Positions 1 through 10,170 of a stretch of DNA of 62,436 bases are shown here, piece after piece. The DNA comes from a bacterium (GTDB lineage: Bacteria; Patescibacteriota; Minisyncoccia; Phycocordibacterales; UBA5272): NCBI GenBank assembly GCA_023267555.1, contig JAHFMZ010000001.1, positions 1 to 62,436 on the forward strand. The letters run 5' to 3'. Every line of letters starts with the position of its first letter. The first letter of the stretch is position 1. The notes beneath the pieces were generated by a model. It had not been told where the DNA came from. It made no database searches and saw only the letters and a list, made by a program, of their open reading frames with translations. The translations under genes and the position numbers were made by a program.

Positions 1-1085
<1,085 letters not shown>

Positions 1086-1181
1086 AACATGACTAGCACT
1101 AGTGCTGGTTATCATTTATACGTTGTCTACGTATAAATTGTTAGTTGTTCTTTTTTCATGTGTGTTTCATTAAAGTTCAAA

Positions 1182-1301
1182 CGGGGTATAGCTCAGAAAA
1201 ACTTTTAATTGTTTGCCAAGTAAAATCCGGCGGACTTATTAGTTGGCAGAGCGTCCTTGCAAAAGGAAATTTCGGTGGTTCAAACCCACTTACCCCGACC
1301 A
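1182..1301 (+). pseudogene. tRNA-like gene (Pro-type acceptor stem) with ~45-nt D-loop insertion and non-canonical anticodon arm
   Basis: CGGGGTA/TACCCCG acceptor plus ACCA end; T-arm GGTGG-TTCAAAC-CCACT; no 5-bp stem with 7-nt anticodon loop. Confidence 0.6.
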
Positions 1302-1339
1302 TAACTTGAAACGATTCGCAAAAACAAAGTAATTTTAGG

Positions 1340-1410
1340 GACCTAGTAGCTCAGAGGTGAGTGCCGGTGTTGAATCACAGGAGGTACTGGTTCGAGTCCA
1401 GTCGAGGTCG
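1340..1410 (+). pseudogene. Degenerate tRNA-like gene, anticodon not assignable
   Basis: GACCTAG/CGAGGTC acceptor (1 mismatch); TAGCTCAG D-arm; perfect T-arm ACTGG-TTCGAGT-CCAGT; irregular anticodon arm. Confidence 0.55.
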
Positions 1411-1432
1411 CCTAAAATTATTTTGAGTTTTT

Positions 1433-1546
<114 letters not shown>

Positions 1547-1583
1547 AAGAACTCAAAAATAGAACACAGAAAGAAGAAAGTAA

Positions 1584-2429
1584 ATGAAGAACGACCCCGA
1601 AGGGGTCGTTCTTTTGTATTTCTCTTCTCTCTTGTTTCTTCTTTCTGTTATACTGGGTTTTATGAATTGGAATACAAGACGTCAAATTATTTATGCAGTT
1701 GCCGTTTCTGTGCTTGCTATCGCATCTTTTCTTTATATTTTTCGTGACACATTTTTCCCAACGCCTACTTGTTTTGATAAAAAACAAAATGGTTATGAAT
1801 CAGGCATAGATTGTGGTGGTACCTGTTCACTTCGTTGTAATGATCAAGTTACTCCACTTTCTGTAAAATGGTCCAAATCAATTTTATCTGCACCTTCCAC
1901 CTATGATTTGGTTGCTTTGGTTTCAAATAAAAACATAGACAATGCCTCACGTGCACTTGGATATTCTTTTTTAATTTACAATGAAAAAGGTAGTATTATT
2001 GCCAATGTCACAGGCACGACAACAGCCCCAGTTGATGGTGATTTTCCTATCATTAAACAAAGTGTTCGTCTTCCCGAAGCACCAAAAGAAGTAGTTTTAC
2101 AATTAAATGACACTTCTCATTTTATTGTTTCCGAAAAACCAACTTCACCGACTTTAATCACAGCAAATACTTATTTTGAAAATGGAAGTATTCCACGTGT
2201 TTATTCGACAATTATAAACACTAAACGCGTAACTATTTCAAATCTTCCCGTAAGAGCTGTTCTTTATGATACTAATAACAATGTTTTTGCTGTTGGGGAA
2301 ACTATAATTCCTTTCTTAGATAAAGAAGAAAGCAAGAATATTTCATTCACGTGGGATTTTCCACTCACACAAGCCCCAGTAGTTATTAACATCTATCCGA
2401 TTTTTGATCCGTTTTCAGCCGTTCAATAA
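1584..2429 (+). CDS. Membrane-anchored hypothetical protein with Cys motif (CFDKKQNGYESGIDCGGTC); true start may be downstream
   Basis: 281-aa ORF; N-terminal TM segment; abuts rodA. Confidence 0.75.
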   Translation: MKNDPEGVVLLYFSSLLFLLSVILGFMNWNTRRQIIYAVAVSVLAIASFLYIFRDTFFPTPTCFDKKQNGYESGIDCGGTCSLRCNDQVTPLSVKWSKSILSAPSTYDLVALVSNKNIDNASRALGYSFLIYNEKGSIIANVTGTTTAPVDGDFPIIKQSVRLPEAPKEVVLQLNDTSHFIVSEKPTSPTLITANTYFENGSIPRVYSTIINTKRVTISNLPVRAVLYDTNNNVFAVGETIIPFLDKEESKNISFTWDFPLTQAPVVINIYPIFDPFSAVQ

Positions 2430-2434
2430 TATCT

Positions 2435-3568
2435 ATGCCTCGTCATATTCCTTCATTTTTTCGCACAGTTGATGCAACTCTTTTTGCATCCATTATTTGT
2501 GTTTTAGTCGCAGGATTACTCACAATGAGTTCTTTTCAATTACACGATAGTTATTTTTGGAGACAAGGTTTATGGATTATTGTCGCATTAAGTGCTTTTA
2601 TTTTTGCTTCACGATTTGAATATCGTTTTCTTAAACAAACACGTATTGTAGTTGCTATTTATTTTGTATTATTATTTATACTCACACTCATTCTTGTTGT
2701 GGGCCATATTTCAAAAGGGGCACAAAGTTGGTTTCAATTCGCAGGAGTTGCTTTTCAACCGAGTGACGTGATGAAGCTTGGATTGATTATTGTTCTGGCT
2801 AAATATTTTTCACGTCGCCACGTAGAAATTGCAAACATTCGTCATATTATTGTTTCTGGTGTATATGCTTTTATACCTTTTGTATTAGTTATACTACAAC
2901 CCGATTTGGGTTCTGCACTGGTCTTATTTTCGATTTGGCTTGGTATGGTGCTAGTATCTGGTATTTCAAAAAAACATCTTTTTGCTGTGATTGCTATTGG
3001 AATTATTTCTTTTTCTCTTGCTTGGAAACTTGTTTTCAAACCATATCAAAAAGCACGCATAATGAATTTTGTTTACCCACTTCAAGATATACGTGGCACG
3101 GGTTATAACGCTTATCAATCGACTATTGCAGTTGGTTCTGGAGGTTTGATTGGTAAAGGACTTGGTTATGGTACTCAATCACGTCTTAATTTTCTTCCAG
3201 AATATAAAACAGATTTTATTTTTGCAGCTTATGCCGAAGAATGGGGATTTATTGGTGCTTGCATCTTGCTTCTTTTTTATGCGCTTATTCTTTATAAAAT
3301 TGCCACTTATGCGCTTGTTGCTGATTCAACTTTTGAAGCTTTATTTACCTATGGAGTATTCGTTTGGTTTCTCACACATATTGTAATTAATGTTGGTATG
3401 AATATTGGTATTATGCCAGTGACAGGTATTCCACTTCCGTTTATGAGTTATGGTGGATCACATATTCTTGCAGAGTGTGTGGCGTTAGGTATATGTGCAG
3501 GGATGTATAGGTATTCACGCGCTGGCCACAAATATCAACTCCAAAATGAATTCCTTGGCCTCGAATAA
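2435..3568 (+). CDS. rodA: SEDS-family peptidoglycan polymerase RodA
   Basis: GAQSW, FQPSD, QPDLGSA, LPEYKTDFIF, GIPLPFMSYGGS motifs. Confidence 0.9.
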   Translation: MPRHIPSFFRTVDATLFASIICVLVAGLLTMSSFQLHDSYFWRQGLWIIVALSAFIFASRFEYRFLKQTRIVVAIYFVLLFILTLILVVGHISKGAQSWFQFAGVAFQPSDVMKLGLIIVLAKYFSRRHVEIANIRHIIVSGVYAFIPFVLVILQPDLGSALVLFSIWLGMVLVSGISKKHLFAVIAIGIISFSLAWKLVFKPYQKARIMNFVYPLQDIRGTGYNAYQSTIAVGSGGLIGKGLGYGTQSRLNFLPEYKTDFIFAAYAEEWGFIGACILLLFYALILYKIATYALVADSTFEALFTYGVFVWFLTHIVINVGMNIGIMPVTGIPLPFMSYGGSHILAECVALGICAGMYRYSRAGHKYQLQNEFLGLE

Positions 3569-3569
3569 A

Positions 3570-3698
3570 ATAAAACGGCAAAAATCATCCCATCTACTTT
3601 GTCGCTACGGAATTGTTCTTAGTCAACGTACTACCCCGTACGTCTCCTTCGAAAAATTCCTAGGCTTCGCGTATCTGGAATAATTTTTGCCGTTTTAT
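3570..3698 (+). repeat. Family A long imperfect hairpin element, after rodA stop
   Basis: Terminal IR ATAAAACGGCAAAAA/TTTTTGCCGTTTTAT; core CATCTACTTTGT...GTCAACGTAC-loop-GTACGTCTCC...GCGTATCTG. Confidence 0.85.
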
Positions 3699-3781
3699 GA
3701 GCGGCTTAATTTTGGTCGCAAAAACTTTTCTTGCCTTGTATCTAAAGCAAATTATTCAAGGCCAAACATATTACGATTTAT

Positions 3782-3804
3782 GAGCGACACCGAAGGTGTC
3801 GCTC
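3782..3804. repeat. Family C short palindrome variant (GAA loop), likely terminator between convergent genes
   Basis: GAGCGACACC-GAA-GGTGTCGCTC. Confidence 0.7.
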
Positions 3805-3852
3805 TGTTATTGTATTTTCTATAACCTAAAACCTAACACCTATAACCTACCT

Positions 3853-5031
3853 TCATTCCCCATATATTTTATAAATCTCGGAACGCATTTTATCCAAATC
3901 AGTAAACGATTGTAAATCTCGGCAGGCGTGTTTTCCTAGATTTTCTCTTAAATCTTTATTTTCTATACAAGTGATAAGTGCCGAGGCAAGTGCGTGAGAA
4001 TCTTCTCTTGGAACAAGCAAACCATTCACTCCGTGATGTATTATTTCTGGCAATCCACCGACATTTGTAGCGACACGTGTTCTACAAGCAAGGCCAGCTT
4101 CGAGTTGTGCATATCCAAGAGCTTCTGTATATGAAGAAGTGATGATAACATCAAAGGCTTTCATAAACAAAGCAGCTTCATTCAAATTATGAATCCACGC
4201 AATATCATTATTTAAATTAAGTTCACGAGCTAGTGTGTGTAAATTAGGGAGTAGACTTCCATTTCCGATACATATTAATTTTGCTTCAGGGTATAAATTA
4301 TGGACTTCTTTAAATGCACGGAAAAGTACGTCGTGACCTTTATTTTTTGTTAGTTCACCAATAATTCCAAAGAGAATAAGTCCTTCGGTTTCAGTGATTT
4401 GAGTTTTGTGAAGCAATACGTCGCGAGCTTTTTCTCTTTCTTTGTATTTTGGTATTTGTATAGCAAGATATATTTGTGTAATTTTTTCTCTAAACATTCC
4501 AAAAGGTCTATCTCTTGCAACGGCTTTGGAAACAGCGATAGCTTTGTGTACACACATAAGTGTCAAAAGTGAAAGTATCTTAAAAATAAAAAGAATGACT
4601 TTCGGTCGTTTTTCATTGTATGGCCAACCGTGTATAGTAAATATTATTTTTTTTATTCCAACTATTCGGCAAGCAATTCCTCCAATAAGTCCCATTTTTG
4701 AGCTGTGTAGATGTACCACATCTGGTTTTACCCGACGAAGAAGACTAATCAAACTAAATAGAGTGCTTAAATCGTGAAGGGGAAGTATAGATCTACGCGC
4801 GTGGAGAAGTCTATACACGGTCACACCTTCTTTTCGAAGTTCGTCCACAAGTGGACCTGTCGGTTGAGTCGCTACCGCTTGTATATATTCTTTGGTGTCT
4901 GTGGCCACATCATAAACATAGCGTTGTGCTCCGCCCCAAGAGGCGCGAGTAATAATATGTAGTACAAAAGGTTTTTTGTGTAGATGATTGACTTTTTCTT
5001 CCTTTATTGTAGTATAGTTATTATCATCCAT
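3853..5031 (-). CDS. GT4-family glycosyltransferase
   Basis: GGAQRY, DVVHLHSSK, FTIHG, KNKGH, EALG..LEA, GGLPEII motifs. Confidence 0.9.
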   Translation of the reverse strand: MDDNNYTTIKEEKVNHLHKKPFVLHIITRASWGGAQRYVYDVATDTKEYIQAVATQPTGPLVDELRKEGVTVYRLLHARRSILPLHDLSTLFSLISLLRRVKPDVVHLHSSKMGLIGGIACRIVGIKKIIFTIHGWPYNEKRPKVILFIFKILSLLTLMCVHKAIAVSKAVARDRPFGMFREKITQIYLAIQIPKYKEREKARDVLLHKTQITETEGLILFGIIGELTKNKGHDVLFRAFKEVHNLYPEAKLICIGNGSLLPNLHTLARELNLNNDIAWIHNLNEAALFMKAFDVIITSSYTEALGYAQLEAGLACRTRVATNVGGLPEIIHHGVNGLLVPREDSHALASALITCIENKDLRENLGKHACRDLQSFTDLDKMRSEIYKIYGE

Positions 5032-5056
5032 ATATATCTAGTATACTGGTTATAAT

Positions 5057-6388
5057 ATGAAATTCCAAAGAAATTTCCATCTCTCCTTTGTCATCATCAC
5101 GGATGTCATTTTTTTAACTTTATCTCTTTATATTGCGCTTTTTTTGCGTAATTTTTTTGATGGTAATACTTTAAATGTTTGGCAACTTTTCTTGGGACAT
5201 ATTTTATATTTCGTACCGCTTTATATTTTAATGATTTCTATTTTATATATTTCTCTTGCATATAGCGATACGACACTTGCTTATTTAAGACGAAGTATTC
5301 CGAAACTTGCAGAATCTTTAACCATCTCTGCAGTCTTTGGTATTTTATATTTTTATATTTTTGCTACTTATTTGCCCATTAGTCCAAAAGTAACATATGC
5401 ATTATTTTTTGCTGTAAGTTTTATTTTGCTTGCTCTTTCTAGAATTGCTTATGCGAAACTTCCTTTACTCGGTGCGCATATAAATGCAGTTGTAATTATA
5501 AAAAGAGGAAGTATTTATGAAAATGTTATTCAAGAAGTGGGAATGAATGCTCCGAGAGCAACTTTTACTCGTGTCACAGAGTTCACAACAAAAAGTGTGG
5601 CGGATTTATTGTCAAAAAGTGGAGCAAGTTTAATCGTTTATGATAATACCGACAAAGAAATTGTTCAATTAATTTCAATGTTGCCGACACATATAATTCG
5701 TTATGCCACAGTCCTTTCGGGAGATATTTTGTATGAACATATTTTTGGTAAAATATTTCTTCCAGCATTTAATGAAGAATCACTTCTTCGTGATTATTTA
5801 AATCAAAAGCCATTTTATGAAATTATTAAACGACTTTTTGATTTAATTATTGCTATACCATTTTTTATTATCACAATTCCTTTTATTGTTGTTGGAATTA
5901 TAGCTATATATATTGAAACTGGACGTCCAGCATTTATTTTTCAAGAACGTTTAGGGGTTGGTCGCAAAATTATGCGTATTCCAAAGTTACGTTCTATGTC
6001 ACAAAATGTAAATGGTGCGTGGGTTGGGGAAGGGGAAAATAAAGTAACCAAAGTTGGAGCATTTTTGAGAAAGACTAGAATAGATGAGTTACCACAACTT
6101 TGGTCTGTAATGAAAGGTGATATGTCGCTCATTGGTCCTCGTCCAGATATGACAGGATTAGAAGCTCGTCTGCGTGAAGAAATTGATTTTTATCACGCTC
6201 GTTATACTGTTCCACCAGGATTATCTGGTTGGGCGCAAGTTACACAAGTCGCTGTTCCTCAAAATGTCGAAGAAACTCGTGAACGTTTTGCTTATGATAT
6301 GTATTATATTAAATATCGTTCTATGTTTTTAGATTTTGGTATTGCTCTTAAGACAGTTCGTATTCTTCTTTCTCGAATGGGACATTAA
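5057..6388 (+). CDS. Polyprenyl-phosphate sugar phosphotransferase (WcaJ/WbaP-like)
   Basis: N-terminal TMs; KRLFD, KLRSM, FLRKTRIDELPQL, GDMSLIGPRP, PGLSGWAQV motifs. Confidence 0.92.
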   Translation: MKFQRNFHLSFVIITDVIFLTLSLYIALFLRNFFDGNTLNVWQLFLGHILYFVPLYILMISILYISLAYSDTTLAYLRRSIPKLAESLTISAVFGILYFYIFATYLPISPKVTYALFFAVSFILLALSRIAYAKLPLLGAHINAVVIIKRGSIYENVIQEVGMNAPRATFTRVTEFTTKSVADLLSKSGASLIVYDNTDKEIVQLISMLPTHIIRYATVLSGDILYEHIFGKIFLPAFNEESLLRDYLNQKPFYEIIKRLFDLIIAIPFFIITIPFIVVGIIAIYIETGRPAFIFQERLGVGRKIMRIPKLRSMSQNVNGAWVGEGENKVTKVGAFLRKTRIDELPQLWSVMKGDMSLIGPRPDMTGLEARLREEIDFYHARYTVPPGLSGWAQVTQVAVPQNVEETRERFAYDMYYIKYRSMFLDFGIALKTVRILLSRMGH

Positions 6389-6512
6389 AATCCAGAAGGT
6401 AGAAAGTAGACAATAGAAGATAGAGGATACAAAAAAAGGCACGAAGTACCTGCTTTTGTATCCGTATTTTCTGTTTTCTTCTCTCTTTTTTCTGCTATAC
6501 TATCTAGCATAT

Positions 6513-7565
6513 ATGAAAATCTTTATTACTGGAGGTGCAGGATATGTGGGAGCAATGCTTATTGATCAATTTGCGAAGCGTCAGGATGTTGAAAAAATAA
6601 TTACACTTGATAAAGAAAAAGAAACAGAACTTACGGCAAAAAATATAAATAAAGACAAAATTATTTATTTAGAAACAAATACATCTGATAATTGGGAAGA
6701 AAAAGTAAAAGAATATAATCCAGATGTTGTGATTCACACAGCGTGGCAAATTCGTCATATGTATGGACAAGAAGAATTGGAATGGAAATGGAATATAGAT
6801 GGATCAGATAAAGTGTTTGATTTTGCTTTTAATACGCCGTCAGTAAAGAAATTAATTTATTTTTCTTCCGTTTCTTCTTACGGAGCATTTGCAGATAATA
6901 GTATGGATCATTTTTATAAAGAGGAAGAACCATTCAGAAAAAGTGGATATCTTTATGCTGAAGAAAAAAGAATTTGTGAAGAACATTTGGAAGAAAGATA
7001 TAAAAAAGCAAAAGAAAATAATTGGAATGGACAAGTATTTATTGTGCGCCCAGCAGCCATCACTGGCCCACGTGGTCGTTATGATCGTATTCGTTTTGGA
7101 CTTCAATCTGCGTTATCTGGTAATCTTCACGGAGGTTTTGCATATAAAATTGTCACCTTGCTCACGTCATTTGTTCCAGTTACAAAGAAATGGTTGCGCC
7201 AATATATACACGAAGATGATGTTACCGATATTGTAGCTCTGTTTACTTTCAATAATTTAGAAGGTTCTTACGAAGTATTTAATATTTCTCCACCGGGAGA
7301 TGTTGTTCTTGGAAAAGATATGGCTCGCGCGGTTAATAAAAATATTTTACCGATTTTCCCGTGGATGGCGCGGTTGGCTTTCTTTTTCTTTTGGCACGTG
7401 ACTCGTGGGAAAATTCCGACATCTCCAGGAAGCTGGAAAGGGTATTCTTATCCAATTGCAGTTGATGGTTCAAAAATTACAAAACAATATGGCTTCCAGT
7501 ACAAATATCAATCAAAAGATGCTTTTGTAAATAATGAAGGAAGATACAAGGTAATTATAAATTAA
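6513..7565 (+). CDS. NAD-dependent epimerase/dehydratase (extended SDR)
   Basis: MKIFITGGAGYVG; YxxxK (YAEEK); start moved to the ATG at 6513. Confidence 0.88.
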   Translation: MKIFITGGAGYVGAMLIDQFAKRQDVEKIITLDKEKETELTAKNINKDKIIYLETNTSDNWEEKVKEYNPDVVIHTAWQIRHMYGQEELEWKWNIDGSDKVFDFAFNTPSVKKLIYFSSVSSYGAFADNSMDHFYKEEEPFRKSGYLYAEEKRICEEHLEERYKKAKENNWNGQVFIVRPAAITGPRGRYDRIRFGLQSALSGNLHGGFAYKIVTLLTSFVPVTKKWLRQYIHEDDVTDIVALFTFNNLEGSYEVFNISPPGDVVLGKDMARAVNKNILPIFPWMARLAFFFFWHVTRGKIPTSPGSWKGYSYPIAVDGSKITKQYGFQYKYQSKDAFVNNEGRYKVIIN

Positions 7566-7619
7566 AGTTTATATAGTCAGCTTGATTTAGTTAAAGAAAT
7601 ACTGTATAATTGCACAACT

Positions 7620-8249
7620 ATGATGCAGATAACAACTAGCGCTCGCGCTCCAAAAGAAATCAAAAGAGAAGGCTTTATTCCTGCTGTTTATTATGGCGCA
7701 CACCAAGCTTCTACTCCAATTTTTATTGATGCAATTGAATTTAAAAAAGTGAATGCTGCGGTCGGAGAATCAGGTTCTATTGTCCTTGTTACAGAGCACG
7801 GAAATGAAAACGCTATGATTCAAGATGTACAAGTTGACCCAGTAAAAGGTTTTCCAATACACGTAGATTTTTATACTCTTGAAAAGGGTCAAAAAGTTCA
7901 CGTTAAGACTCCGATTACTATTGTTGGGGAATCCCAAGCTGTGAAAGATGGCGGTGTTCTAGTAAAAGTATTGCACGAACTTTCTGTTGAAGGTGATCCA
8001 GCAAAACTTCCTCACGAGTTTACAGTTGATATTTCATCACTTGTTACAAAAGATGACGTTATTCACGTGCGCGATATCAAACTTCCAGCTGGTGTAGAAC
8101 TTTATCACGTAACTTTAGATGATGTTGTTGTTTCTATCACTGAAGCCAAGGAAGAAGTGGAAGAAGTTCCAGTTGCTACTGATTTGAGTGCAATTGAGGT
8201 AGAAGAGAAGGGAAAGAAGGAAGAAGAAGCCGAAGTCCCAGCTGAATAA
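7620..8249 (+). CDS. rplY: 50S ribosomal protein L25/Ctc
   Basis: GFIPAVYYG, DVQVDPV, HVDFY motifs; acidic tail. Confidence 0.93.
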   Translation: MMQITTSARAPKEIKREGFIPAVYYGAHQASTPIFIDAIEFKKVNAAVGESGSIVLVTEHGNENAMIQDVQVDPVKGFPIHVDFYTLEKGQKVHVKTPITIVGESQAVKDGGVLVKVLHELSVEGDPAKLPHEFTVDISSLVTKDDVIHVRDIKLPAGVELYHVTLDDVVVSITEAKEEVEEVPVATDLSAIEVEEKGKKEEEAEVPAE

Positions 8250-8253
8250 TACA

Positions 8254-8375
8254 CCGATCCATAAATTGGCGACCTGCTTGATGATTTTTGAAAAAAGTTT
8301 TTCAACGTACACGCTAGTACGTCTCTAAACTTTTTTCAAAAATCATCTGCACACCTCATCCAATTTCTGGATTGG
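8254..8375 (+). repeat. Family A hairpin element (divergent), after rplY stop
   Basis: CCGATCCATAAATTGG/CCAATTTCTGGATTGG ends; TCAACGTAC-loop-GTACGTCTC core. Confidence 0.75.
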
Positions 8376-8411
8376 CTAACGTTGTTCAAGAAAATTCAAA
8401 TACAATACAAA

Positions 8412-8434
8412 GAGCGACCACGAAGTGGTCGCTC
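8412..8434. repeat. Family C palindrome
   Basis: GAGCGACCAC-GAA-GTGGTCGCTC, identical at 10043 and 12594. Confidence 0.9.
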
Positions 8435-8549
8435 TTTGTATTTCTCTCACCTTTATTTCTCTTGACTCTATTCTGTTAATACGTGTGGACAACCATTTAG
8501 ATATTATCTCTACGTAGGGGTATAATAAAAGTAATAAATATCAAATAAT

Positions 8550-9164
8550 ATGGAAATACAAAATACTAATAGTAGTGAAAGTGGGCTTTGTTCTAGTTCT
8601 AATAAACTTATATCCTACATATTTTCTGCTTTTGTCGTCGGGGCTGTTGTTGGAGTGTTGGTAGATCCGTATTTGCCAGCTTCTTTGAGTGGTTCTAACA
8701 AAAGTTATCAAGCTGGTTTTGATAATGCCAAAAGTCTTGTAGAAAACAGCAGTCTCGGGGCTGCGTTCAAAACTCCCAATGAAATAAAACAGTTGTCTGG
8801 CTCTGTTACCGCTATTAATGGAAGTCAGCTCACTCTTAAAGTCAAATCAACAAATCCATTTGACGATCCATCTCTTGCTAACCGTACAGTTCTTTTGAAT
8901 ACTTCCACAAAAGTAGTTAGTCTTACAGCAAAACCTTCTGCAACATATCAAGCCGAAGTAGATAGTTTTATTAAAGCACAATCAAATACGGCAACTACTA
9001 GTGCCACAAAATCTCTCCCTTCTGCTTTCGTTTCATCTCCTGTAAATATTACAAATATTGCCATTGGAGATTCTATTAATGTATTGACTTCACAAAATAT
9101 AAAGACTTTGAAGGAATTTACTGCGACCGAAGTTCAAATTCTACCAAATAATATCGCTAAATAA
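8550..9164 (+). CDS. Membrane-anchored protein with OB-fold-like (DUF5666-like) domain
   Basis: N-terminal TM; LSGSVTAINGSQLTL...TSTKV...IAIGDSINV...ATEVQI pattern. Confidence 0.6.
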   Translation: MEIQNTNSSESGLCSSSNKLISYIFSAFVVGAVVGVLVDPYLPASLSGSNKSYQAGFDNAKSLVENSSLGAAFKTPNEIKQLSGSVTAINGSQLTLKVKSTNPFDDPSLANRTVLLNTSTKVVSLTAKPSATYQAEVDSFIKAQSNTATTSATKSLPSAFVSSPVNITNIAIGDSINVLTSQNIKTLKEFTATEVQILPNNIAK

Positions 9165-9176
9165 TTTTTTATTATA

Positions 9177-10022
9177 ATGTCTCTCAAAAAATTGTCACAA
9201 TTAAATATAATAAAATCAGGAGTATTGTTTGTGCTTCTCATTTCATCATTCTTTTTAGGGAATACAAAAGTAGAAGCAGGTGCTGTGTCGTGGGGAGTTG
9301 TCAATGAAGTTTGCTTTGGTTATGATACTACCGCAAGAACCGGAGGGTGGGTTTATACTGATTGGGGAGATCAGTATGTTACTTACCCGGAACCTTTATT
9401 CTCAACTAGTTTTGGTGATGCGACTTTAACACAGCTCTCAGCTTATTTCCAAGAATATCCTATAATCAAACCGGGAACACTTTATTATTATGAAATAATG
9501 ACTAGCGATGGACCTGTTACTTCATACTTTCCTAATTCTGCTTGTAAAGGTGTCGAAAGTACACATTATTTTGCTGCAAATACCAGTAAGCAGATAGACG
9601 AATATGCTCCGGGCGAAACAATAACTGCTTCTCTCGGTGCAAACTCTTCTGGTGGATACACACAAGGTGGATGGAGTGGTTTTACAACTAGTCTTCTATG
9701 GAATCCTATTACTGGACCTATTAGTTGTTTCCTTTTTGGTTGTGATTCTCCACCATATGTTAGAGTGCTTGCTAGTGTGCAAGGACAGTATATTGCTGAT
9801 TGTCACGGTGATGGTACAGCTGGATGTTCGGGTACAATAAATACTCCCAGTGTTCCACTTGCCCCAGGGAGTTACAATCTTCATCTTGAAGGATGCTATA
9901 TAAACTGTTCACCTGTCGGCACTGCAGATATTCCTTTTGTTGTAACTACTCCTGCTGTACCTACTGTTCAATTAAATTTCAGTTTTTTGGATAAAATAAA
10001 ATCTTCTCTAGGAATAATATAG
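9177..10022 (+). CDS. Secreted Cys-containing hypothetical protein
   Basis: Signal peptide ending VEA; several Cys; C-terminal beta-rich segment (APGSYNLHL). Confidence 0.7.
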   Translation: MSLKKLSQLNIIKSGVLFVLLISSFFLGNTKVEAGAVSWGVVNEVCFGYDTTARTGGWVYTDWGDQYVTYPEPLFSTSFGDATLTQLSAYFQEYPIIKPGTLYYYEIMTSDGPVTSYFPNSACKGVESTHYFAANTSKQIDEYAPGETITASLGANSSGGYTQGGWSGFTTSLLWNPITGPISCFLFGCDSPPYVRVLASVQGQYIADCHGDGTAGCSGTINTPSVPLAPGSYNLHLEGCYINCSPVGTADIPFVVTTPAVPTVQLNFSFLDKIKSSLGII

Positions 10023-10042
10023 GGTTGGAAATAATTACTAAT

Positions 10043-10065
10043 GAGCGACCACGAAGTGGTCGCTC
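10043..10065. repeat. Family C palindrome
   Basis: Identical 23-bp core. Confidence 0.9.
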
Positions 10066-10170
10066 ATTGTAATTGTATTTACTCTCGACTCTCTCCTCTA
10101 AACTCTTAACTATTATTTGTCCACACCTGTAATATATACGATAGAATGAACCTAGCGTATACTAAAATCA

